A stretch of DNA of 64,000 bases. Origin: Antechinus flavipes. Its lineage: Eukaryota. The notes below the pieces were generated by a model. It was not told the origin of the DNA, did not search any database, and worked only from the letters and a program-made list of their open reading frames with translations. This document shows, piece after piece, positions 26,240 through 40,204 of the stretch (positions within the stretch are counted from its first letter, which is position 1; every line of letters starts with the position of its first letter). The DNA lies in assembly GCF_016432865.1 (NCBI RefSeq), contig NC_067398.1, positions 182,280,001 through 182,344,000 of the forward strand. Direction: 5' to 3'. Made by a program: the position numbers and the translations under genes.

Positions 26240-26915
26240 TTTAGGAATAGTAAATATAGTAGGCACTTAATAAATGTTTATTGACTGATTGAAGAGCAGA
26301 GAAGTTGTTAGTAGCAACAGATTGTCATTTGGATACCTTCAGTGGGTACTAGATTTAAAATTTAAACATGATTTCTTAAATAGGCCTTTATCTTAGGTAG
26401 ATGATACTGAGTGGATTGGAAAGTAAATAATTATAAAAAAGAAAATTGGGGTGGTAAAAGAACTAACACATCATTCTAATATCATTAAAATTCAATATAT
26501 TTTAGAAATCTTAAAACAGGCATTGTATTTTTATCATTATTATTAGATCATATTTTATTTATAACTTCAATTTTCACTTTACCATTTCAGAATATATGTG
26601 GATAGATATGTTGTACAGATTTCACAAAAAGGAAGGAAAATGAAAAACTAATAACTATTTTTGTGTACTAGAATTCACTACATCCTTCTTTTTTCTTAGT
26701 ATCCCTAGTTTTATTCAAAGCCATTTCCTATATGAGATAAATCTTTCTTGTTCTTACCAGTAATAGAAATTACCTTGCTTTTATTTTGTATCCATATCCA
26801 TTTGGATTTATTTATCTCACATAGTGTGAACCTCTTAACATTATGAACTATCATTATTTTTTCTTTCTGTACTGTTTGACTAGCATCTAGTAGATGCTCA
26901 ATAAATGTTTCGTGA
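26240..26915 (+). mobile_element. L2 3' tails (~26240-26292 and ~26700-26915)
   Basis: atagtaggcacttaataaatgtttattgactg; tagtagatgctcaataaatgtttcgtgaa. Confidence 0.6.
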
Positions 26916-27545
26916 ATAATAATTATAAAACAGCATATTTCAAAGAATTAGCCAGAGCTTGCCTTGAGATTTGTCTAGGTAGACCTCATAAATCAAGGCT
27001 TTGAAGTCATTCCACCAAAGGAAAGTCAGACCCATCTTCTTTTTGTTCTATGGTATCCTCTGAGGGACTAAACATATCTCTTCTCAAAGGCTATACACTA
27101 GAATCTCTATTCTAATGGATTCATTTAACTATTAATTACCAGTGATCAATAGTCAATTCAAACAAGTTTTTAACAAAAAACATTTACTACAAAGATATAA
27201 CAAGAACAAAAATTAGAAATATTTTTTGCCATTAAGAAAGTCCCTGGGAAGAGTGACCTCAAATTTACCATAATTTCTATGTAGCATTGGCTCCACTAAG
27301 TTCAATATGTATGTGGCCAATGAATAAATGATTTAGCTACAGATTTATTATATCAAAAAATTTACTCAGAACTTTTTTACTCAGTGGCTTCTAGAAATTC
27401 TCAGAATATCCAATTTCTTTCAACTAAAAACAGGAAATGCTAGACCACAAGGACAAAAAAATCAAGAATGGAATTAAGTTTTGAATTAAGTCATTTAGTT
27501 TTGAGTGGACTTCCAGGGAGAAAGTATCCGAGGGCCTTTTCTCAC

Positions 27546-27594
27546 CTTGTTGTACTCCAGTGCTAGTGCCTTTGAATAAACCTCTATTCAGACT
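27546..27594 (-). CDS. Candidate 49-nt exon (SLNRGLFKGTSTGVQQ)
   Basis: catttcttattgtag|...ACAACAAG|gtgaga; only one of three frames open. Confidence 0.25.
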
Positions 27595-27761
27595 CTACAA
27601 TAAGAAATGTTCCTCTTTACTATATAGTTAGCAGACCAAGGCTACCGAACCACTGTATACTGGTATTCCACAGTCCACATAGAATTGTATGCATCAAGAA
27701 CTCTGTCTATACGCATAAGAATTAAGCTTTTTGGATAGTTCCTTTCTTTCTACCCCTACAG

Positions 27762-27808
27762 ACTTGTTCTTGCAATCCCATTTACATGGGGATCCCAAAA
27801 GTCTGGCA
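27762..27808 (+). CDS. Candidate 47-nt exon
   Basis: ttcctttctttctacccctacag|ACTTG...TGGCA|gtaagt; all three frames open. Confidence 0.25.
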
Positions 27809-29269
27809 GTAAGTCTAAATTCCTCACAATAAAGAATGATAGTTGTATTATGAACAAAAAAAAAGGCTTAGAGCCATTTATATAAAGATAATAACACAAT
27901 AAATTCAGTATATCCACCAATATCCCTACTTGAACACAATGATATTTTGTTATGTATGTATGAAATGTCATGTTATAGTGCAATCACTGTATACTAATCC
28001 AATAATTTCTAAATTGCACCCCTTCTACTTCTATTCATTTGTTCCCTTCCTCTAGACTCTCTGTTCTAGGGATTGGCCTGCTGGGCTGACCTATGTACCT
28101 TGATAATATAAATTTACCCCTCTTACCACCTAGCTTTCTTATTCAGATTAGCTCCATCTTTATTTAGTACTCTGTTTCCATGTGTTCTATGATTTAGGGA
28201 ATATAGATACACACACACACACTCATACTCACATAGATACACACACACATACACACACACACACTACACCATACCATATCACTCAAGTTCTTTGACCTTG
28301 GTTCTACCATATTTCGCCAGGGTCTTTTCAGTCCTGCCCACTCATAGATTTTGTGTCTTCATATCTCTCTCTTTTTTTTATTATCCTATATTTTCCACCC
28401 AAGTACTTACCATTCTCTGCACCCCACTGAGGTTATAAATCTATTTATAACTTGCTCCTAAGCTACTTACTCCCTCAATCCTTCCCCCTCCCCACCCTCC
28501 CACATCCCCCCATGATTTCATGGAACTAATTAGCAATGTTTGGTGAGGCATGTTTGTATACATAAACTCTAGTATTGTGGGAAAGAATAGATGAAATATT
28601 TTTTGCCTCAGTCAGCTGCAAAAATTCTCTACAATTTGCATAACAACATTTCACAGAAAGAACATGACTCAGTGACTGCCTCAAAGTAACCTTTTATCAT
28701 TGTATAAAATAGCATTTTAACTGGATTCTTTTTTAATTGCAACCCAGGACTATAGAATCTAATTTCTTAGTACACCTAGGAATAAGAATAGGAAGTACTC
28801 AAGTCACACCTCACATAGACTGAGAAAAGATGACAGAAAGGATATAATTACACATAGAATAAATGTCTAGTTTGTTTCTTAAGAATGAAGCAAATCTCTG
28901 ATACTATGGTTCATCTTTTAATCTGTTGCTATGCCAACAGGGAAAAAAATTAATGGATCCAAGAAATGGGACAATTTTCAGAAATATAACTACAGCCCAT
29001 TTTAGATAAGTAAAATCACATTCATATTATTTCTCCCAAAGATAGAAAAACTGAAGGAAATTAGTATAGAAGTGATTGATCAGAATTTTCCAGACAACAT
29101 AGTGAGATGTTGTAGGTCCCACCTAGTATTCTGGTCTTCTCCTAGATCTAGAAATCAGCTTATTTTCTGAAAATTAAACACAGTACTATTGTTCATTCTG
29201 GATACTGGGGATAGATTCCCCATGTGAATACTACATGGAATCCCGAAAATTCATCTCTCTACATTTACA

Positions 29270-29410
29270 TCTATTCTCAGACACTTACTGTGTGGACATG
29301 GGCTAGACAGTTAACTCTATTTGCCTCAGTTTCCTCATCTGTAATATGAGCTAGAAAAGGTAATAGATTCACAAAGAGTTGAAAACAACAGAAAAAAATG
29401 ATTGAACAAC
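29270..29410 (+). mobile_element. Mar1 SINE fragment
   Basis: ctcagacacttactgtgtgg...gcctcagtttcctcatctgtaa. Confidence 0.75.
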
Positions 29411-30304
29411 AAATTATCCATTCTACAGTNNNNNNNNNNNNNNNNNNNNNNNNNNNNNNNNNNNNNNNNNNNNNNNNNNNNNNNNNNNNNNNNNNNNNNN
29501 NNNNNNNNNNNNNNNNNNNNNNNNNNNNNNNNNNNNNNNNNNNNNNNNNNNNNNNNNAGAAAAAAAAAGTAATAAGTCACCACACATATAAATTGAGCAT
29601 AATAATAAACTGATATTTTCAAAGATAAAAGCATCATCATGCAATCTTATATGCAAATTATTACTATGCTTGAGGAGCCAATTTAAGACCTTTTTTTCTT
29701 TCTCAGTAGATAGAAATGTTAAATTAAAATGATGACCTAAAACCTATAAATTTTGAAAAATAAAAATTATAAGATCATTAAAATTCCAAAGTGACATTTT
29801 AGCAACTGGACATTCAGTACCGGTATCAAATCCTTCCCATATTTCCTGCTAATTAAGATACTTTTTTTTAACATGAAAAAGAACAATAAAATATATCTAT
29901 CCCTTTTATCCAAGAATCAAGATCAGACTGATTGTATTGTCTATTCAGCAAAATAATGATGAGGGTCAGCTTCAGTTCTATTCTTAAATGGAATTCATAA
30001 GGAAAAAATGCATAACTCACTATGATTTTTTAAAAAGCATTTTCAATTAACAACATACCCATATGGGTGCTCCTGCCTTATTGGCAATAAGGGGAAAACT
30101 CTTACTTCAGCTCATTCTCTAACTGTATAATAAGAAAAGAAAACATTTATGTTTAAATGGCTCAATTATCAAATGGAATGACTATTTACCATGATCTCTG
30201 CAATCTTATGATTATGAATGTGCACAAAAATTGAGAAAACAACTTCCTGAGTGAATTGTATGAAAGGAAAACTATATTCTTCAATTACTTATCATCTTCT
30301 ATTT

Positions 30305-30560
30305 GTTATTTGTTGTTGTTTAGTCATTTCAATCATGTTTGACTCTTCATGACCCCATTTGGGTTTTTCTTAACAAAAATATTGGAGAGGTTGCCATCTC
30401 TTTCTCTAAATCACTTTGCAGATGAGAAAACTGAAACAAACAGAATTACATGACTTGCCCAGAGTCACACAGCTAGAAAGTGTCTGAGACCAGATTTGAA
30501 GTCAGGTTTTCCTAACTCCAGGACTGGAACTCTATGCCACTATGCCATCTGTCTACCCTT
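30305..30560 (-). mobile_element. Mar1-type SINE
   Basis: ttgttgttgtttagtcatttc...gacttgcccagagtcacacagctagaaagtgtctgag. Confidence 0.85.
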
Positions 30561-30819
30561 TTATTTTCTATTAGATTTGTTATAGGGTCATGTCTGTAAT
30601 ATGACAACTCAACTTTCCTTGATGAAGATATTTCTGTAAAGAGAATGCTTGTCATCTGTAAAATAAAGATATTAGATTAGATGGTCTATAAAACTCTTGA
30701 CAACTTTAAACCCTGGTATTTCACAAATGTATATTGGCTATTTTGCAACCATCCCATCTTATTTTATCTCCATTTTTTACAATAATAAAACAGAACTACA
30801 AAGAATAGTAGAAATTAAG

Positions 30820-30990
30820 TGGGGATAGCCAAGGTCCTCAGTTCACATTCTTTCTCTGTTACTAGTTATCTGAATCACCTTAAATCACTTCACTTCTCTG
30901 CTTCACCTCTTTGGAGTCAGGTACCTTATTTATAAAGTGAGAGGATTGTGCTCAACGATCTCTACGATCACTACCAGCTCTAAAGGTAGG
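30820..30990 (+). mobile_element. MIR SINE
   Basis: aatcacttcacttctctgcttc...gatctctacgatcactaccagctctaa. Confidence 0.55.
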
Positions 30991-31139
30991 GTTCTGTTAT
31001 TTCAATATGTATGAATATATCTTCATTATTATTAATGAGAACTTGTTAAAGTAATGCCCTTCATCACTAGATAATCATCACTGTGTAATTCCTGGAGCCA
31101 TCTTCACTTGCAGTAGTCATCAAAACTCTTTTTTTTTTT

Positions 31140-31830
31140 TAAATTTGTTCTTAAATTTATTTTAAAAATACAAATATTGTCTTCTTAAAAAAAAACACAT
31201 GCAGAAAAGTTGATCCATGGTGCTTACTAAGTAAGAAATAAATTCAGTTAATGCAAAATGTAGTCTAGTGTTTGTTACACCTCTAGAACATAAAGTCCTG
31301 AGTGGAAAACATCTTTTCTTAGAAAAAAATGTTGGGAAAGTTGGAAAGAGATCTAGGAAAAATCGTTTGGACCAACACCTCAAACCATATATTATAACAA
31401 GCTCAAAATGGCTGTACAATTTTCATACGGGAGGTCATACTACAAAAAAATTAGAAAAGATATCTCTCAACAATGATTTCTGAGAAGAAAATTGATAATT
31501 AAACAAGACATAGAGAAGATTATAAAAATCAAACAATCAATTTTGATGAGGCAAAATTTGAAAGTCTTTGCATGAATAAAATCAATGGAGGTAGAATTAT
31601 AAATGCATAGAATAATGAAATAATCATAATATGTATCATTATCAGGAGTCACATATGCAAAATATAAGAGAAAATGACATGAAATATATTGACCAAGAGC
31701 CCATCTCCTAATAAATAAGTAGTCAAGAACATGAATAAGGCAATGATGGGGAGGAGGGAGTAGGGAACATGGAATATTAGTATGCAGTAAGAAAAAATGA
31801 GTGTGAACCATTTTATAAAAATGTGAAAAA
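31140..31830 (+). mobile_element. Old L1 ORF2 fragment
   Basis: caacacctcaaaccatatattataacaagctcaaaatgg; aaagtctttgcatgaataaaatcaatg. Confidence 0.7.
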
Positions 31831-31899
31831 TTGTTTAAATTGATACAAATACAATAAGTAATAAGGGTGTGTTATGGACACTAATGTGATATTAGGTTA

Positions 31900-32330
31900 T
31901 TAAAAGAGGCATCTGAAAAATGGCAAAATGAGAATCTCACTGTATTTTTTCTTGGTCCAACTATATCTAGAGTGTTCTGTTCTGGGCATCACATTGTAAA
32001 GACAAATAAAATAGTATCCTGAAAAATGAAAAGCTCGAGCCATACTATTTGGTGATTAGCTTAAGGAACTAACTAGAACGAATGGACTTAGTCTTATTGA
32101 ACTATGATATAGAAGAGAGACTGGACTTGTTTTGCTTTTCCACAGAAGATAGAACTAATGATAAGTAGAGTGAAGTTGAAAGAAGGAAAATGTAAGCTAG
32201 AAATAAAAAGAAAGCACCCTAAAATTAGAGTTTTACAGAAGTAAAATGGAGTTTTTTTACAGAAATAGAAATCTTAAAAATAAAACCTGCTTGTAAGATG
32301 CATTGTAAAGGTATGTTGTAGAGGTAGTGA
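31900..32330 (+). mobile_element. L3/CR1 fragment
   Basis: tctagagtgttctgttctgggcatcacatt; gactggacttgttttgc. Confidence 0.65.
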
Positions 32331-33234
32331 TGGTAGTTTAGTTTTGTTTGGTTTATTTTTCTATTTGGGTTTTTTTTTTGTTTGTTTCTTTGTTGATTTG
32401 GTTTAAATATGGCTTGAATCAGTTGTCCTTTAAGATCTACTAACTCTGAATTTCTCTTATTTTGTGATTTACCATGAAGCTTATCTGCCAGTCAATTACC
32501 AGTGAGTGTAACAAAATTTTCATGTGTTTTCTCTCTAATGGCATGGCATTGTCCTCTCCTGAAAAGCTTAGTATGATCTATAAACCAAAACATTTGGTTA
32601 TGCATAGACTTTTGCAAATTAATTATTTTAAATTATTCTCAGAATTGATCATTGTAATCTTTTTATTCATTTTTCTCTACATTACCCTTTTGTCATTGGT
32701 TCCCACAAGGCCCAATGATAAATTAATTCAAAATTTTCCTCAACTAGTTTTTCCATGAGAAATAAAGGAGAAAGGAGTAACCATAAAATCTGTAATTTTT
32801 TAAAATTTCTCTAACACTTCAAATATCCTTGTATGTCTGAAAACATCAAGAATTGCATTAAGTACAATGCTATACAATTTCCAGAATTTAAATTAAATGT
32901 AGAATAATGTACAAAAATAACTATGATACAAGAGAAAATGAGTTATTCTTGTATAGGAAAGATCTAAACAACATAGTTTATGAAATTTGAACAAAGAGAT
33001 AACTTTGATCTAGTTGGAAGAGGTTAGAAAAGGCTATCTAAAATGTTTGCATGAAGAGTTTGGTACTTAAATTGGACCTTGAGAAGTGGGAAGACATTTC
33101 AAAAAACAGAGATGAGAAAAGAGATCCTATTAAAAACATAGCAGAGGTGACCAATGGGGAAAAGATAGAAGAGGAAAGGGGAAGAATAAGTTTGAAGACT
33201 AGTTCATTTGGGTAACAATGTAGAAAATGTGAAG

Positions 33235-33950
33235 GGCCTCCTGAGTCTGTATCCCAAAAAAGATCATAAAGAGGGAAAAGGACCCACATGTGCAAAAATG
33301 TTTGTAGCAGCCCTTTTTTTGTAGTACAAGGAACCCATCAGTTGGAGAATGGCTCAAAAGTATTTGAATGTAATGGGAAAATCACTGTTCTATAAGAAAT
33401 GGTAAGCAGACTGATTTCAGAAAATCCTGGAAAGACTTACATGAATTGATGCTGAGTGAAGTGAGCAGAACCAAGGGAATATTGTGCATAGCAACAAGAA
33501 GATTAAATGATGATGATCTACTGTGATAGATTTGGCTCTTCTCCACAATGCAGTAATTCAAGGCAACTCCAATAGTCTTGGGAGGGAAAATGCTATGCAC
33601 ATCCAGAGAAAGAACTCTGGAGACTGAATGTAGACAGAAACATAATGTTTTAATTTTATCTTTGTTTTTTTTACTCATGGTTTTTCCCTTTTAGTCTGAC
33701 TTTCCATAACATGACAAATATAGAAATATGTTTAAAAGAATTGCACATTATTAACATTAATGTTAATTATCACCTAATTATTAACATTAATAATAGTAAG
33801 CATAAAAGAAAAGCACATTAACTTATATTGGATTGCTAGCTGTTTTGGGGAAGAGAGAGGGAGAATAATTTGGAACACAAAGTCTTACAAAAATGAATGT
33901 TGAAAACTAACATTGTGTTTGGGAAAAAAGTAATACTGAAAGAAAAAAAA
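33235..33950 (+). mobile_element. L1 3' end (marsupial)
   Basis: ggaaaaggacccacatgtgcaaaaatgtttgtagcagccc...gatgctgagtgaagtgagcagaaccaag. Confidence 0.85.
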
Positions 33951-35974
33951 TTGGAAATTTGAAAGCCATAGGCAAGAGGCAGTACAGAGAGGTAGAGTTG
34001 AGCCAGATGTAATCCTTAAGTTCCAGCCTCAATTATTTTTATTTCTATATGCATACATATATGCCTATGCACATGCAATGGAATGAGGAGTGATTTTGTA
34101 TTTGTGGTACATTAGGAAAATTACTCAGAAAGCAGTATGATACATTGTAAAGAGAATAAATGAAGGCACAGACTTCATTTAGTAGGCTATTTTAATAGTC
34201 TAAAGAAATTCAAGAGAGGTGATAAGTGTAGAATCAATAGGATTTAGCAACTGATTCAATGCGAAGGGTGAAGGCTGAGGGGTTATGTCATAAATTTAGG
34301 GGATTAAATACCAACAGTAAAAATAATCAAATTAGGGAGATGAATTGGAAGCAGCATGATGAAGAGCAAAGATTAGAATCTTTAGAGTAAAAAAAGGCTT
34401 GGGTTCAAATTCTATACTGGCTAAGGGTCCATGAGGATAATACCTTCAGTACCTAATTCCAAATGGTCATTATGGGGATCAAGAAAGAAAACATGTGAAG
34501 CACAATGAAAATCTAAAATTAAGTATTATTTTTGTTATTATCAAAATGTTTAAATGTAGAATGCCTAATGTAATACTTTGAGGTTACTCCAGGTATATAG
34601 GAAGTTGGAGACATAAATTAGAAACATGAAAAAATTTGTTCATATATCTAAAATTGAAAAGAGCCTCAAAGTTCGTCATCTCCAGTGGTATCAAACTCAA
34701 AGCAAAAAGAGAAACACTAAACTATCTATAATGATCTCTGCAAGTATATATTGGCTTAGAAAACAGTATCATTTTCTATTTTCTGTTGTATATTTATTTA
34801 TTATTGACTGTTCCCAATTAGCCTTTCCTTTTCTTTCCCTAGATGTGAACTGCTTTTGCAACCCCTCCCCTATTTGATATTTCCTCTCTTTTAATTAACA
34901 GATAATGAAATTGAGGTTCAAAGATATTTAATGACTTTCAGCCAGTTCAGCAAGACAGGTGGAATTTGAATACAGATCTTCTGACTTCACTTATGACCTT
35001 CTTTCAACTGCCTCCCAGAAGTATTGATGATATAGATGTAAAGGTCACCTAAATAAAAATAACAACTGAAGTCATAGTAGTAGATGAAATTATTGAGGGA
35101 AAAGATGTAAAAAGAAAAATGACCAAGTACAGTCCTTCTGGGTATTCAGACATTTAATACGTACAGAAGTTAGCAAAAGAAGAACAGAATCTAGTCAAAG
35201 GTATACTCAGGGTAATAGCAATCAAAGGAGAAAAGGGATTTTCACAATGTCCAATGTACACTATTTTTTCAGAAGTTTAGCAATGATAGGGTGGCAAAAA
35301 GTTGTGGCCTGAGGAATGGATAAAGAAAAAAAAATTTTTTTCATTAGGCTAGGAGAGATTGAAGCATATTTTAAAACCAAAGAGAAAGAGCCAATGAAAA
35401 GAAGAAAATTGAAAATGAAAGAACAGAAATGATCAATGGAGCAAGTTTCCAGCATAGAGAGGGGGTGAGATTATTAAAAGTGTAGGTGGAACATTCAAAG
35501 AGATTACTGATGAACTTTGAGTATGCATTGTAGTATATATTTTTTTCACTTTATTTTTCTTGCTTTTTTTGCAATCTGCCTATATGTTGGAACATGGAAA
35601 TAGGTTTTATATTACTTCCCATATATATAATGGTACCATATTGCTTGCCTTATCAGTGGATAGGAGAGGGATTTGAAAAAGGAAGAGAATTTCAAATGCA
35701 TATTTTTAAGTAAACTTTAAAAAAAAAATACAGTATGAGTAGAGGGGCTAACTTTGTCCAGAAAAGGAGCAGGATATGCTAGAATAGAAGGCTGGATAAA
35801 GATAAAGATATTAAGAAAAGTAAAAGAGAAGAAGTAAGGGAACTTGCATTAGATAGCCTCAGCCTTTTTGAAACAGAGTGTACAATTACTGAAACAGACT
35901 TGGAAGATATAGTTGGGAAGCTATAGAAAGAAGAGTCAGCTTTGAAACAACTTCTATCAGAATATCATAAGAAT

Positions 35975-36320
35975 TTTTTTTATTATTGAAGTTTTATTTT
36001 ATTTATTTTATTTTATGCAAGAATAATTTTTTCAACATTGACCCTTGAAAAACCTTGTGTTCCAGTTTTTCTCCCTCTTCAGCCCACCCTCTCCCCTAGA
36101 TGACAAGTAATTCAATATATGTTAAACATGGTAAAAATATATGTTAAATCCAATATTGGCTGGTTTATATAATTATCTTATTGCACAAGAAAAATCAGAT
36201 CAAAAAGTTTAAAAAAATGAGAAAGAAAATAAAATTCTAGCAAACCACAGCAAAAAGAGTAAAAATGCTATCTTTCAACCCACCCTCAGTTACCACAGCC
36301 CTCTCTCTCCATATAGATGG
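35975..36320 (-). mobile_element. Truncated L1 3'UTR
   Basis: poly-T, caacattgacccttgaaaaaccttgtgttcc... Confidence 0.8.
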
Positions 36321-37479
36321 CATTTAATAAATGCCAGCTGTATGCAAGATATTTTTAGTAGTCACTGGAGACACAGAGATAAGAACCAAATAGTATCTAC
36401 TTTCCATGAGTTTACAATCTCTCTTAAGCTCAATATATCTTATAACATGGATATTTTTAACAGTTTTGGAAGCTCTGGATTAGAAAAGAGGAAGTAAATG
36501 TTGCTTTATTGTCTAGAGGCATTAATGATAGTGTCAAGTATGTAACAGAATTAAGGATTGAGAAGAAGAAATTGCTGAAAAAATTGGTAAGAATGAAATT
36601 GAATTTGAAATAGTGTTGAAAGACTGGGAGAAGAAGGAATCAAAGAAGTGAAGGTGAGGATAAGAACAAAGAACAGATGAGAGGAATAAGGGATAAGAAG
36701 AGTTGGAAGGGAAGAAAACTATGATCAGAAAGGCGAATTTCAGAGTTCAGAATTTTGAAGGTAGACAGGTTTCCTAAGATAGCAAACTGTAGGGCTACAG
36801 GAGAGGTCGCAGAAGTTAAGGTGTACAATAACCCATAGGAGCAGGAGGCCTGAGGCAGAAACTAGGGCAAATGCCTGGCTACCCCAACTGTCACATTGTT
36901 GTTTTATTTTGTGCATCTTTGTCATAAATTGTACTTGTCCATACCCAATGTTATCCTGGCTTTTCATCACTGATTTATGTTATTAATTGAAGTACAAGCA
37001 TCTCTCCTGTAATGCAATTCATTCAATGGGACTCAGTTCTCAAACACTTCATTAAGTTATAAAATCATTCTGTGAATAATGATTGGCAACAGAATTTCAT
37101 ATGTTTATTGGATCTGGACCACTAAAAGACTTCAGTGATGATCTAGTTCAATTCTTTCCTTTCGTAGATTAGAAAACAAGATAAGGTGAAATGTTTGTTG
37201 CATGGTCAATTAGCTAAAAAACATCAAACTTGGATTTTGAACTTTTCTTTCTGGCTCCAAATTTAATAATCTTTAACTTTCCTCATACCAAGATTTTAAT
37301 TCTGCAGTTTGTAGAATTATTGTACCTTGAATCAATCAGAAGTACGTAAGTGCCCACTATGAGTCAGACATTATGGTAGAAGCTGACAAAAATGACACAA
37401 TCCTTGAATCTCCGTTTTAAATTTATTCTCTCTCTTGCAGGAATTAGTATAAACTGGACTAATGCTTTTTAATTGTTTT

Positions 37480-38220
37480 GATCAGAATTTTTATGATTTT
37501 TAAAATATTTTTCTTTATTGCTCTTTTCTTTGCATAAATTACTCTTCTAATTTTACTTACTTTATTTTGCATAAGTTTTCTCTGAAATTTCAATTTTCAT
37601 CATTTCTTAAAGCACAAAATATTCCATTACATTCACATAGCACAATTTATTTAGCCATATACCAATATGTGAGTATCCAATTACTTTCCAGTTTTAGCTA
37701 CTATGAAAAAGTCAGCTATAAATATTTTTGTACAGATAGATAATTTTTTTTCTTTGATCTCTTTGGATCATAGGCTTAGTAATGGTATCACTTAATTTAA
37801 GTATATTTACAGTTTAGTAACTTTGGAATATAATTCCCAAATCTTTTTACAAAAGGTTAGATCATTTGGGACCTCCGCAAATGATACACAAGTAGGACTA
37901 TTTTCCTGAACTCCGTCCAACAGTTTTCACTTTGGTCTTCTGTTTTTTGTTTTTTGTTTTTTTATCAATCTGACAGATATAAAGCAGAGTTTAATTTGCA
38001 TTTCTCTAATTATGAATGTTTTGAAGCATTTTTTTTAAATGTGGTTGTCAACAATTTGATTTTCTTCCTTTGAAAATTATGAGTTCATATTCCTAATATA
38101 TCTTGGGTGTATTTTGGGGAAACTTTCCACAAAGATTTTTCCTTACTTCCCTTTTTCCTATTCAATTTTAACTGCACTAGGTGAAAGCCTTTAAATGAGA
38201 GAAATTTATATTTCTTCCTA
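37480..38220 (-). mobile_element. Old L1 3' end
   Basis: cagctataaatatttttgtacag; ttaatttgcatttctctaatt. Confidence 0.7.
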
Positions 38221-38704
38221 AGAGTAATAAAGAAACATTGGTGTTTATTGAATAGGGGAGTGACATTGTCAAATCTATGCTTTAAAAAAGCCATTCTGGC
38301 AACAATATAAAAGATGAATGGGAGAGGTGAGATCCTTGAGGCAGGAAATCAATCAGAAATCAGATGTAATAATCCAAGTAACAGGTGATGGGTGTCTTTA
38401 AGTGGTGGGCATTTCAATAAAAAGAAGGGGACAGATATCAAGAGAATGTTGGGGGACTCCAGAGTATTTTCCTACGATGTATATTTTCTTGACCTATGAA
38501 ATATTTTCAGAGCAAGAACTACTTCTACCGGCTTCTATCTTATTTTTTGAAATATGATATCATAGACAGTCAACATGGCATAGAAGTCAACATGGAATGA
38601 GGAAATCCAAATTTCTACTTTTTCCCTTAACATTTACTATTAGTGGCATGGATATATTTGAAACAAGGAATAATTTTTAATTACATTTTATGACCAATAG
38701 TCAT

Positions 38705-38950
38705 GTGTGGGGCAGCTAGTTAGTATAGTAGAGAAAGAGTCAATCCTAGAATAAGGAGGACCTGAGTTGAAATCTAGACACAGACACTTAATAGCTTACA
38801 AGTTACCTGTTTACCTCAGTTCCTCATCTATGAAATGAGCTGGAGAAGGAAATGGCAAACTAATCTACTCTTTTTGCCAAGAAAATCCAAAATGGCATCA
38901 GAGACAGTTGGACATAATTGAAATTGAATTGAAATAACTCAACAACAACA
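38705..38950 (+). mobile_element. Mar1-type SINE
   Basis: ggggcagctag...ggacctgagttgaaatctag...gctggagaaggaaatggcaaac...aacaacaacaa. Confidence 0.85.
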
Positions 38951-40145
38951 AAGTCATCCATGTAATTTATCTAGGATGTACATTTTTCATTAAATGAAAC
39001 TAGATTGAGCCAATTCTCCCAGAATGTTGGATTTCAAGTATATATATATATATACATTTTGTTGTTATTGATGTTGTTGTTGTTGTTGTTGATATTTTTG
39101 GGAATGTTTTTACTTCTGTGATTTTCAAGAATATAAGTTATAACCAGGAAATAAGTAAAAGATGTGAATGTAACTATTTGATCCTGGGCAAATCACTTTA
39201 ATGCTCAGTATCTTAAACAACTTTATGGGATCCTTTTAGGAGTTGTTGATTTGTATGTCTAACCAGAGAGAGAAAGATGTGATTTGAACTTCCCTCATTG
39301 GTCAAATCCTAATGGAAAAGAATACTAAGTAGGAGATTGCAAGAGATTGTCTCTTCATGCGATCGTGGTGTTACATATGCCCAAGAGAGGAAGTTTACTA
39401 GTTTATTACTACTATAGAGTTGTTCATATTGGAACATGATCAAGATCAATATAGTCACAAACCCATTGAAAATACTGAAGAAACAAAAACTTATAGTTTT
39501 AAAATAAATAGAACTATTCTATTTCCTCCACAACAATGATTGTATTAAGTTAGGAAAATTAACCATAATAAAAGTGGCATAGGATGAACTCAAAAAGACT
39601 ACATAATCCCCTAAAAGAAAAGTATCACTTGAGGGGGGGAAATGGAAGGCTATTTATGTTTACCAATAAAATGATATTGGTGAGATTTCAGGAAAATTAT
39701 AATTTATATTGATTCTTTTCCTTTAATAATAGAGTTACTTGAACAGAAAAGGAGTATTTTCTTAGAAAAATGCAGCACAGGCCTAGTTATTATTGAGCTA
39801 CTGTGCTAATACCCATAAGTCCCATATGTAAATCTTTCACTGAAGTATATACAAATTGTTGAACCTATGGACCACAGACTTAGATCTCTCCTTACATTTC
39901 TTTTCAATAAGATGACTGTTTTTCCAAATAAAAAGCTATGTGGTAACTTTATTCTCCCTGAGTTTCTGTTGTCTCCCTACCACATAGTTATACCCTGTCT
40001 TACCAGAAGCTCTCGCTATTTTAGTACAAGAAGCTAATCTATCTCTGAAATTGAATGTACATTTATGAATTCCACTGAAGCCTACTTAGGGCAGAATAGA
40101 AGCCCTAAGTAGCTTTTTAAAATAAAGTATATTCCTATTTCTTAC

Positions 40146-40164
40146 CCAGGTTTGAATATTCCCC
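40146..40164 (-). CDS. Candidate 19-nt micro-exon
   Basis: cattttcatttagtctag|GGGGAATATTCAAACCTGG|gtaaga. Confidence 0.2.
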
Positions 40165-40204
40165 CTAGACTAAATGAAAATGTTATTATCAAATAGACAG
40201 TTAT

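Larger units (their letters stand above)
32950..36830 (-). mobile_element. Fragmented L2 with nested L1 and MIR insertions
   Basis: Antisense L2 blocks between nested elements. Confidence 0.55.
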
